Positions 1-5,914 of a DNA stretch of 56,423 bases are shown here, piece after piece. This stretch comes from a virus (lineage: Duplodnaviria > Caudoviricetes). Where the stretch lies: positions 1 through 56,423 of IMG/VR virus record IMGVR_UViG_3300024344_000016. One strand, 5' to 3'. Under the pieces are notes generated by a model. That model saw nothing but the letters and a program-made list of their open reading frames with translations, did no database searches and was not told the origin of the DNA. Positions within the stretch are counted from its first letter, which is position 1. The number at the start of each line of letters is the position of its first letter. Position numbers and translations under genes: made by a program.

Positions 1-21
1 TCCGAAAAAAATCAAAATAAC

Positions 22-102
22 CGTAAGTCCTTATACCCCTTGGGTTTATGGCCCCGGCCCCGGCCTCGTGGTACGTAACCCCTTACGCGACAAGCACTTA
101 CG
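22..102. repeat. Paired 29-bp palindrome element, copy A
   Basis: CGTAAGTCCTT-ATACCCC-TTGGGTTTATG (22-50), 23-bp GC-rich spacer, CGTAACCCCTT-ACGCGAC-AAGCACTTACG (74-102); same geometry as the copies at 977 and 2243. Confidence 0.9.
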
Positions 103-157
103 TTGTATATGATACCTGTGCCCCTAACAGCAAACATGGGGTGAGACGCTGCCCCTG

Positions 158-274
158 TCAACTACGAGCCAGCTTCGAAGGGCTTTTCCTAACCTTCTCA
201 CGAGCCTTGAACTTTCGAACCATATTCCTTGCTGCTCTAAGGCCCTCTTGTCGCAACTGTTCTTGTGTCTTCAT
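158..274 (-). CDS. Small basic early protein, 38 aa (MKTQEQLRQEGLRAARN...)
   Basis: AAGGAAAACAAG-ATG RBS, own promoter at 317-345; corresponds to the 3' part of track ORF 158..544. Confidence 0.7.
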   Translation of the reverse strand: MKTQEQLRQEGLRAARNMVRKFKAREKVRKSPSKLARS

Positions 275-316
275 CTTGTTTTCCTTAGAAGTGTTGTTGT
301 TGTGTGTCATACGTGT

Positions 317-345
317 ATTATACCTGATACACCCGTCGCCGTCAA
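317..345 (-). promoter_or_regulatory. sigma70-type promoter
   Basis: TTGACG-N17-TATAAT on the minus strand. Confidence 0.8.
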
Positions 346-347
346 CC

Positions 348-608
348 CTACCACATCCCGTTCTCGCTGTGGTCGTAATATTCGTCGCCACCCATGTAGT
401 CCTGCCATTCCGTGTATTCGTCGGGTTGGCCATCGTAATCATCCTCATCCTCGCAAGTCGGTTCCTCCTGCTCCGGCACGTAGTCGTACATGAACGGCTT
501 AGATCGGCCCTCGCCAATCTGCCTTTGCGATTCCTCGCGTACATCGGCTTCGCGGATCATGTTTTCGACATCAACGATGTTGTCGCGATTTTCTGGGAAG
601 TTCGCCAT
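348..608 (-). CDS. Acidic hypothetical early protein, 86 aa (MANFPENRD...ENGMW)
   Basis: AAGGAAAATGAA-ATG RBS; D/E/Y-rich; upstream promoter at 711-738. Confidence 0.75.
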   Translation of the reverse strand: MANFPENRDNIVDVENMIREADVREESQRQIGEGRSKPFMYDYVPEQEEPTCEDEDDYDGQPDEYTEWQDYMGGDEYYDHSENGMW

Positions 609-636
609 TTCATTTTCCTTCAAAAGAGTGTTGTGT

Positions 637-706
637 GAGTAAGATGCCCCTTTCGGGGAACCAATTCCAGCGGCGTAGTTCCAACTGGGTTGTAGCTAAC
701 TTACTC
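637..706 (-). ncRNA. Candidate structured 5' leader RNA (multi-stem junction with GAAA tetraloop)
   Basis: Closing stem GAGUAAG/CUUACUC, internal CCAGUU/AAUUGG stem, CCCC-GAAA-GGGG hairpin; lies between the promoter and the RBS. Confidence 0.4.
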
Positions 707-710
707 CTCC

Positions 711-738
711 ATTATAACAAGTGTCGCCCGATTGTCAA
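711..738 (-). promoter_or_regulatory. sigma70-type promoter with extended -10
   Basis: TTGACA-N16-TATAAT with TG at the extended -10 position. Confidence 0.75.
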
Positions 739-762
739 CCCCTATTCGGGATTATTTTGGAA

Positions 763-858
763 TTACTTCCAAGGGTGTCGTCGTGCATCCTGAATGCCAA
801 GCCCGAAAATCGGGACAAGAACCAAAGACACGGCGATGATGATAATGAGCGTTTCCAT
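763..858 (-). CDS. 31-aa membrane micropeptide (METLIIIIAVSLVLVPIFGLGIQDARRHPWK)
   Basis: AAGGAAAAACAAA-ATG RBS, own promoter; paralogous to the N-terminus of 2681-2917. Confidence 0.75.
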   Translation of the reverse strand: METLIIIIAVSLVLVPIFGLGIQDARRHPWK

Positions 859-898
859 TTTGTTTTTCCTTTGTGACGTTGTTGCTTTGTATGCTCCC

Positions 899-927
899 AT
901 TATACTTATATTATCGGCACCTGTCAA
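899..927 (-). promoter_or_regulatory. sigma70 consensus promoter
   Basis: Exact TTGACA-N17-TATAAT; GCCGATAA in the spacer. Confidence 0.85.
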
Positions 928-976
928 TACCCACCTAGAGAAAAAAACAATATTTTCCAAAGTTTTTTTAAATTGT

Positions 977-1057
977 CGTAAGTCATTGCCACGTAAGGGT
1001 TTACGCCCCCGGCGGCAGCCCCGGAGCACCTAAGTCCTTATCAGGTAAGCACTTACG
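977..1057. repeat. Paired 29-bp palindrome element, copy B
   Basis: CGTAAGTCATT-GCCACGT-AAGGGTTTACG (977-1005), 23-bp GC-rich spacer, CCTAAGTCCTT-ATCAGGT-AAGCACTTACG (1029-1057). Confidence 0.9.
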
Positions 1058-1100
1058 TCGATTCTACTGTCGTGCATCGGGCCATCTATAGCGTTATGGA

Positions 1101-1202
1101 TCAGCTAGGACTATCCCGCTCCACATCTTCCCGCTCTTGTTCCATCGTCCATAACAGCAGTTCATCGTCCTGCGTCTGCGGCCAGTCATGAAATTCGTCC
1201 AT
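1101..1202 (-). CDS. 33-aa acidic micropeptide (MDEFHDWPQTQDDELLLWTMEQ...)
   Basis: GGAGAG RBS and TGATG coupling to the upstream ORF. Confidence 0.55.
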   Translation of the reverse strand: MDEFHDWPQTQDDELLLWTMEQEREDVERDSPS

Positions 1203-1267
1203 CACTCTCCCATCACTAGAACGCTGCACATAATAACTATAGCAGAATACAATAGGCCAATACTCAT
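1202..1267 (-). CDS. 21-aa hydrophobic micropeptide (MSIGLLYSAIVIMCSVLVMGE)
   Basis: ATGA overlap with the stop of 1264-1581 and TGATG overlap with the next ORF. Confidence 0.5.
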   Translation of the reverse strand: MSIGLLYSAIVIMCSVLVMGE

Positions 1268-1581
1268 GACACTACCCTAGGTATGGCGGCGATGCTGTCC
1301 TTGTCCCACTTACGAGGATAGCCCACCTCATCGCAATCGCTAGGGCAACCGCACTGAATCCAAACCTTAGCGGAATCGAGCAGCTCACCCAGTGGGGCAT
1401 ATGGCGAATAGTTGAACACCATAGCGTTACCCAGTGGGTCAATGACATAAGCGATATACTTAACAAGCATAACGTTGCCATCGGGATCAAGTTCGCTAAT
1501 CTTGTCGATAGTGAGCGAATGATCTTCAAGACCGAAGTCGTCGGAATTGAATACAGTTTTAATATCTTCGTATTTACTCAT
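1264..1581 (-). CDS. Hypothetical early protein, 105 aa
   Basis: Track ORF with its own consensus promoter at 1619-1647. Confidence 0.75.
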   Translation of the reverse strand: MSKYEDIKTVFNSDDFGLEDHSLTIDKISELDPDGNVMLVKYIAYVIDPLGNAMVFNYSPYAPLGELLDSAKVWIQCGCPSDCDEVGYPRKWDKDSIAAIPRVVS

Positions 1582-1618
1582 AATGTTTCTTTCGTTTGTG
1601 TTATCTTCTTATGCTTAG

Positions 1619-1647
1619 ATTATACCATACTTATCGGCATTTGTCAA
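1619..1647 (-). promoter_or_regulatory. sigma70 consensus promoter
   Basis: Exact TTGACA-N17-TATAAT; GCCGATAA in the spacer; -35 overlaps the TGA stop of the upstream gene. Confidence 0.85.
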
Positions 1648-1799
1648 GAGCAAACTTCAGTTTTTTCTGAGTTTTCCATCTCTTTGTCAATGACAACCAT
1701 TGCGTCAAGAATGGCGTTTGTGGCTACCCTTGATGCACCGGCTTCCCTAGCCTTGTACCAAACTTCCCACAATTGATCTTTGATTTCTTTTGTCTTCAT
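1644..1799 (-). CDS. 51-aa hypothetical protein (MKTKEIKDQLWEVWYKAREAG...)
   Basis: AAGGAAATAAA-ATG RBS, own promoter at 1825-1853. Confidence 0.7.
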   Translation of the reverse strand: MKTKEIKDQLWEVWYKAREAGASRVATNAILDAMVVIDKEMENSEKTEVCS

Positions 1800-1824
1800 T
1801 TTATTTCCTTTTCGTTATGTCTTA

Positions 1825-1853
1825 AGTATACTATAATTATCGGCACTTGTCAA
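1825..1853 (-). promoter_or_regulatory. sigma70-type promoter
   Basis: TTGACA-N17-TATACT; GCCGATAA in the spacer. Confidence 0.8.
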
Positions 1854-1865
1854 GGGTAAACTTGA

Positions 1866-1973
1866 CTATTTTCCTAGAATATTCCAGAAAAGAATATTAG
1901 CAAACAAAGCACCAAATGATACAATAACTGAACCGTATACGATAACCGTTGCGAGTGTTTCTAGTTGAGCCAT
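1866..1973 (-). CDS. 35-aa membrane micropeptide (MAQLETLATVIVYGSVIVSFGALFANILFWNILGK)
   Basis: AAGGAAAAAACAA-ATG RBS, own promoter, one hydrophobic segment. Confidence 0.7.
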   Translation of the reverse strand: MAQLETLATVIVYGSVIVSFGALFANILFWNILGK

Positions 1974-2012
1974 TTGTTTTTTCCTTATGTTGTGTTGTCT
2001 TGTTATGCTTTA

Positions 2013-2041
2013 ATTATATTATACTTATCGACGTTTGTCAA
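2013..2041 (-). promoter_or_regulatory. sigma70 consensus promoter
   Basis: Exact TTGACA-N17-TATAAT. Confidence 0.85.
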
Positions 2042-2071
2042 GGGGAATCTTTAATAATTCCCAAAGTTTTT

Positions 2072-2143
2072 TTAGCTATCCAATTCAACGACAGCTTTCA
2101 TAACCGCGAGGAAGACCAAAATTTTGACGATAATAAGAAGCAT
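2072..2143 (-). CDS. 23-aa hydrophobic micropeptide (MLLIIVKILVFLAVMKAVVELDS)
   Basis: AGGAAAAACA-ATG RBS, own promoter; paralog at 3020-3091 with several synonymous differences. Confidence 0.75.
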   Translation of the reverse strand: MLLIIVKILVFLAVMKAVVELDS

Positions 2144-2175
2144 TGTTTTTCCTGTGTTGTTGTTTGTATGCCCCT

Positions 2176-2203
2176 ATTATACAAACATCGGCAGAAATGT
2201 CAA
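2176..2203 (-). promoter_or_regulatory. sigma70-type promoter
   Basis: TTGACA-N16-TATAAT; GCCGAT in the spacer. Confidence 0.75.
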
Positions 2204-2242
2204 GGGGTAATTAGGGAAAAACCAGAAAATAATCGAAATAGT

Positions 2243-2323
2243 TGTAAGTCCTTATGTAGTATAGACTTACGTCCCCGGCCCCGGCCCCACAGCACGTAAC
2301 CCCTTACATAGCAAGTACTTACG
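2243..2323. repeat. Paired 29-bp palindrome element, copy C
   Basis: TGTAAGTCCTT-ATGTAGT-ATAGACTTACG (2243-2271), 23-bp GC-rich spacer, CGTAACCCCTT-ACATAGC-AAGTACTTACG (2295-2323); similarity to copy A continues ~45 bp downstream. Confidence 0.9.
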
Positions 2324-2389
2324 TTGCATATGCTCCCTGTGCCCATAGCAGTAAACATAGGGTAGGACACCCCTGTGTGCACGTGTGTG

Positions 2390-2506
2390 CTACAGGTATC
2401 CATTCACCCGTGCCCACGTGAGCATACCACTCCATCGTGCGGGAGTGATACCATCGGGGCATGTGATGCTGTAGCGGATGTAATTGGTGAAGCGTGCGAT
2501 TGTCAT
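2390..2506 (-). CDS. 38-aa hypothetical micropeptide (MTIARFTNYIRYSITCPDG...)
   Basis: AAGGGTAACACA-ATG, with the same CA-rich leader as neighbouring genes. Confidence 0.6.
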   Translation of the reverse strand: MTIARFTNYIRYSITCPDGITPARWSGMLTWARVNGYL

Positions 2507-2566
2507 TGTGTTACCCTTGTCGTGTTGTGCGTGTGGGACAGCGATATAGGCCCGCCAGCCCACATC

Positions 2567-2617
2567 TCAGCCATCCATGATGATGGCGAGCAGTGCGATA
2601 ATGAATGCCCATTCCAT
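2567..2617 (-). CDS. 16-aa hydrophobic micropeptide (MEWAFIIALLAIIMDG)
   Basis: Strong AAGGAG RBS directly downstream of the consensus promoter at 2650-2678. Confidence 0.6.
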   Translation of the reverse strand: MEWAFIIALLAIIMDG

Positions 2618-2649
2618 GTTGTTTCTCCTTTGTGTCCTTGTGAGTGTGT

Positions 2650-2678
2650 ATTATACCAAGTACGCCTGCCACTGTCAA
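2650..2678 (-). promoter_or_regulatory. sigma70 consensus promoter
   Basis: Exact TTGACA-N17-TATAAT with extended TG. Confidence 0.85.
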
Positions 2679-2680
2679 GC

Positions 2681-2917
2681 CTACCACATCCGTCGTTCAA
2701 CGCCTTCGGCCAACGCCTTACGGTGATACTCAGCCAGTGTCTTGCTTCCGCCCTTCACCGCTTTCATGTAGTCGCTATCCTTGCCGAACTGCTTATGCTT
2801 ATTGGTTGGCTTGAATGATGATCGTCGTGCGTCTTGAATCCCGAGGATGATAATCGGCACCACGATCATGGCGAGTGCGAAAGCAGCAATCAGGTTGTCG
2901 ATGGTGGTAGTTGTCAT
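2681..2917 (-). CDS. 78-aa membrane-anchored early protein (…VPIIILGIQDARR…ERRMW)
   Basis: AAGGACAAACACA-ATG RBS; N-terminal hydrophobic segment followed by a basic tail. Confidence 0.75.
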   Translation of the reverse strand: MTTTTIDNLIAAFALAMIVVPIIILGIQDARRSSFKPTNKHKQFGKDSDYMKAVKGGSKTLAEYHRKALAEGVERRMW

Positions 2918-2957
2918 TGTGTTTGTCCTTGTGTGTGTTGTTGTTTGTTATGCTCTT

Positions 2958-2985
2958 ATTATACCAACATGCTTAGAATTGTCAA
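2958..2985 (-). promoter_or_regulatory. sigma70-type promoter
   Basis: TTGACA-N16-TATAAT with extended TG. Confidence 0.75.
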
Positions 2986-3019
2986 CCCCTATCGTCAACA
3001 ATTCCAAAAGTTTGTTGCA

Positions 3020-3091
3020 TTAGCTATCGAGTGCAACAACCGCCTTCAAAACTGAAAGAGTGACAATAACTTTGACGATGATGAGAAGCAT
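3020..3091 (-). CDS. 23-aa hydrophobic micropeptide (MLLIIVKVIVTLSVLKAVVALDS)
   Basis: AAGGAAACAAAC-ATG RBS; paralog of 2072-2143. Confidence 0.75.
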   Translation of the reverse strand: MLLIIVKVIVTLSVLKAVVALDS

Positions 3092-3126
3092 GTTTGTTTC
3101 CTTGTGTTGTCTCTTGTATGTCCCCC

Positions 3127-3154
3127 ATTATACATAGTATCGGCCAAACGTCAA
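3127..3154 (-). promoter_or_regulatory. sigma70-type promoter, first of the early array
   Basis: TTGACG-N16-TATAAT; GCCGAT in the spacer. Confidence 0.7.
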
Positions 3155-3343
3155 CCCCAAATTGAGACAATCCCCAAAAAAAAGACAAGTTTTTTTCGCG
3201 GGGGGTTTTCTGTTCGATCTTTGAAGCCCCTCCGCAGCCCGAAAATCGCGGGGTGGTGTAAACACAATTGGCACTCAGAATATCAAAATGTCTTACCCAA
3301 ACCGCACCGACTCGCCTCATTTCGCCGCTTTATGGCACTAAAA

Positions 3344-3353
3344 TGTGTATAAT
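3344..3353 (+). promoter_or_regulatory. Putative late promoter motif TGTGTATAAT
   Basis: The same motif recurs in intergenic gaps at 11485, 13681, 16838, 24692, 28248 and 45661. Confidence 0.6.
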
Positions 3354-3393
3354 TTATGTGCGGCACCTATAATTCACTAGAGGAGGACACAAA

Positions 3394-3645
3394 ATGTCTA
3401 AAAAAGAACACCGAGAGCGGGAAAAGCGTATGGCATCCTTTATGACCGCCAAAAGCACTGCCAAACTTAAAGAAGAGATAGACAAAGTTTTAGCTGACGA
3501 GATTCCAGATCCCGTGGCTCCTGCCTTTGATTTCAATGCCCCAAAAGTTCCCCCAGATGAAAGAGCAACCGAGTTAGATCTTATGGAACAAATGGATCGA
3601 GCAGAAAGAGCCGCAGAAGAAGATGAAAATTCCCAAAGGTATTAA
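3394..3645 (+). CDS. Hypothetical protein, 83 aa
   Basis: GGAGGA RBS; first gene of the plus-strand block. Confidence 0.7.
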   Translation: MSKKEHREREKRMASFMTAKSTAKLKEEIDKVLADEIPDPVAPAFDFNAPKVPPDERATELDLMEQMDRAERAAEEDENSQRY

Positions 3646-4147
3646 TGAGGGTGAAGCCGTTGAGGTTATAATGAAAATAGCAAAACGGCTCGCCCCTAAA
3701 TATGTTTTTGCTTCATATGATGTAGAAGACATACAACAGGAAGCTTTTCTTATCGGTATTGCTGGTTTAGAAAAATATGACCAGAAACGCCCCCTAGAGA
3801 ACTTCATGTACACGCACATAAATAATCGCCTGAAGACTTTTAAGCGAGATAACTATTATCGCTTGGATTATGGCACAGCCGCCCAAAAAATACAGGACAG
3901 AAAGAAAAATCTCCTTGAGCCTGTAGATATTGATGCCATATATAGTGTTTATACCAATGAACAGTCTACTAGCAACGCCCAAATACATGAAACCCTAGAA
4001 CTGATTGATAAAAAGCTCCCAGCTCATCTCCGTCGCGACTATCTTAAACTTCAATCAAACTCTCCTTTGCCCAAAGGCCGGAAGGCCATTGTCATCGAAA
4101 CTATAGAGAGAATCATTAATGGAGACGATTATGAAGAAGAAGGGTAG
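3623..4147 (+). CDS. Phage RNA polymerase sigma factor-like protein
   Basis: Sigma70 region-2-like pattern IAKRLAPKY...DVEDIQQEAFLIGIAGLEKYD...FMYTHINNRL. Confidence 0.75.
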   Translation: MKIPKGINEGEAVEVIMKIAKRLAPKYVFASYDVEDIQQEAFLIGIAGLEKYDQKRPLENFMYTHINNRLKTFKRDNYYRLDYGTAAQKIQDRKKNLLEPVDIDAIYSVYTNEQSTSNAQIHETLELIDKKLPAHLRRDYLKLQSNSPLPKGRKAIVIETIERIINGDDYEEEG

Positions 4148-4931
4148 ATTCTCCAATGAAGAGATGGAGTTTATCGAGGCGAACGCCGAGGTTCTTTCTC
4201 CAGAATCCATCGCTGAAACTCTCGACCGAGATCCAGACAGCGTCCGTGAGTGGATAGGTAGAAAAATTGGTTTCTCAGCGAAACAGAAAAAAGAAACCGC
4301 TGTAGCCAATGAACTCAAGGAGAGACCATATTACCGCGAGTTGATTCGTCAGTTCACTGCTGAAGAATTGGAGATGTTTGAATTCCACTTCAAAAAGATG
4401 TGGAGTCAGTTTAAAGACGATGTTTTTCATACAGAAGAAATGCAAATCATCGACACGATCAAGCTCGAAATTTTGATGAACCGCATTTTGAAGAGCCAAC
4501 AGGAGAACCAGACACAAATAGCTACCTATGAACGATTGGTACAAGAAGAAAAATCGGTGGACAAGGATCAACGCGACATTGACTATATTATGAATCTGGA
4601 GCGTCAGGTAGCCGTTCTGCGGGCCTCTCAGGAAACCTTATCCAAAGACTACAAAGATCTCCAAGCTCGTAAGGCGACGATGCTGAAGGATCTGAAGGGC
4701 ACCAGAGAACAACGAATCAAAGCAATCGAGGACAGCAAACAAACCTTTGCTGCACTTGTGAAACAAATAGCCACAGATGAATCATTTCGTACCCAGATAG
4801 GTATCGATATGGAAAAAATGAGACTCGCTATGGAAAATGAGAAAGAACGGTTGTCTGAATACCATACTTATCAAAACGGGGCTATCGACCAGCCCTTTCT
4901 AACACCGGAGACGAATTCCGAGCAACAATGA
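4131..4931 (+). CDS. HTH/Myb-like plus coiled-coil protein, candidate terminase small subunit
   Basis: N-terminal GRFSNEE...IAETLDRDPDSVREW helix-turn-helix-like segment and long coiled coil; upstream of TerL; start moved to the ATG after GGAG; function inferred from position only. Confidence 0.5.
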   Translation: MKKKGRFSNEEMEFIEANAEVLSPESIAETLDRDPDSVREWIGRKIGFSAKQKKETAVANELKERPYYRELIRQFTAEELEMFEFHFKKMWSQFKDDVFHTEEMQIIDTIKLEILMNRILKSQQENQTQIATYERLVQEEKSVDKDQRDIDYIMNLERQVAVLRASQETLSKDYKDLQARKATMLKDLKGTREQRIKAIEDSKQTFAALVKQIATDESFRTQIGIDMEKMRLAMENEKERLSEYHTYQNGAIDQPFLTPETNSEQQ

Positions 4932-5914
4932 ATATATTATACGGAACAACACTAGGATGGAACCCCGGTGATGAGCTTATACTCAAGGGGATAAGAAATC
5001 TGATTAATATAGATCACAATGCTATATATTATAATAGACATCCGTATGTGAATAGAGAGAGCAATCCGCAGTCCTACAGGTTTGACCTCGGTACAGAATA
5101 CATAGACCATGTAGTTTTTGCGGGGACACCAGAGTGGAACCGTGAGTGTTTAGATATGTACAGAGCTATAGCAGAGTATGACATTCCTTTTTCCTTCTTG
5201 GGGGTTGGAGGCCACACTTGTGCACAGGAGCAGGTGTATAATGCTTCTGGTCTAGGCACTTATGTTCCGGGTCTCCTAAACGAAAGAGTATACGGAAAGG
5301 CTAAGGCAAAGATTGCCAGAGACCGCTGGGCCAAGCTGGCAATACATGACAGCACCTTGGTTTGCTGTCCGTCATTTTTTGCCAATGATTGTCTAGATCT
5401 GGAGCCTAGAAGAAAGCTACGCAAGGTGGCGGTTTCTTGGCAGGATGGCTCGGTTAGTGTCTGCGGAGTACGAAACCCACTATTAGTGGAAGCTGTCACG
5501 AAATTTGCCAAGGAGCATGATCTTCCAGCAATATGTCACAGCTATGACGACTTTGTTTCGGCTTCGCATAGAGGATTAAAGGCTATTTACTCATCCCACT
5601 TCGAGGACTTTTTTGACGTATACAAAGAGTTCGATCTGATTGTCGGATTCAGGATTCACGCGGGCGGATTCGCCTCTACTCTTGGTATTCCCAGTCTCAT
5701 TATTCCACACGACGAGAGGGCAAACGCCGTTCGTCATTTTGGTTCGGTGGTCTGCAAACACCAAGACCTTGGGGATACCTTCGATCAAATAGACAACAAT
5801 TGGATACAAGAACAATCTGAGAAGATTATGGAACTCAAGAAGGAAAAGTACAACCAGTTCGTTAAATTAATTCCCCATCTCCGAAAAAGGGGAAGCAAGG
5901 AGAAGGAAAAATGA
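4928..5914 (+). CDS. Polysaccharide pyruvyl transferase family protein
   Basis: N-terminal NPGDELI and C-terminal GFRIHAGGFASTLGIP motifs typical of this family. Confidence 0.75.
   Translation: MNILYGTTLGWNPGDELILKGIRNLINIDHNAIYYNRHPYVNRESNPQSYRFDLGTEYIDHVVFAGTPEWNRECLDMYRAIAEYDIPFSFLGVGGHTCAQEQVYNASGLGTYVPGLLNERVYGKAKAKIARDRWAKLAIHDSTLVCCPSFFANDCLDLEPRRKLRKVAVSWQDGSVSVCGVRNPLLVEAVTKFAKEHDLPAICHSYDDFVSASHRGLKAIYSSHFEDFFDVYKEFDLIVGFRIHAGGFASTLGIPSLIIPHDERANAVRHFGSVVCKHQDLGDTFDQIDNNWIQEQSEKIMELKKEKYNQFVKLIPHLRKRGSKEKEK

Noticed and set aside
637-706. Hammerhead, twister or known riboswitch identity for the structured leader
   Set aside because: Lacks the hammerhead CUGANGA core and other consensus elements I can recognise; kept only as an unassigned candidate
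22-2323. Palindromic repeats as a CRISPR array
   Set aside because: Only three doublets, ~1 kb apart with genes in between; the 23-bp gaps resemble each other rather than being unique spacers; no cas genes
48-3352. Plus-strand track ORFs in the early region (48-638, 794-1033, 1519-1776, 1949-2299, 2375-2818, etc.)
   Set aside because: They are antisense to promoter+RBS-supported minus-strand genes, cross promoters and repeats, and lack an RBS
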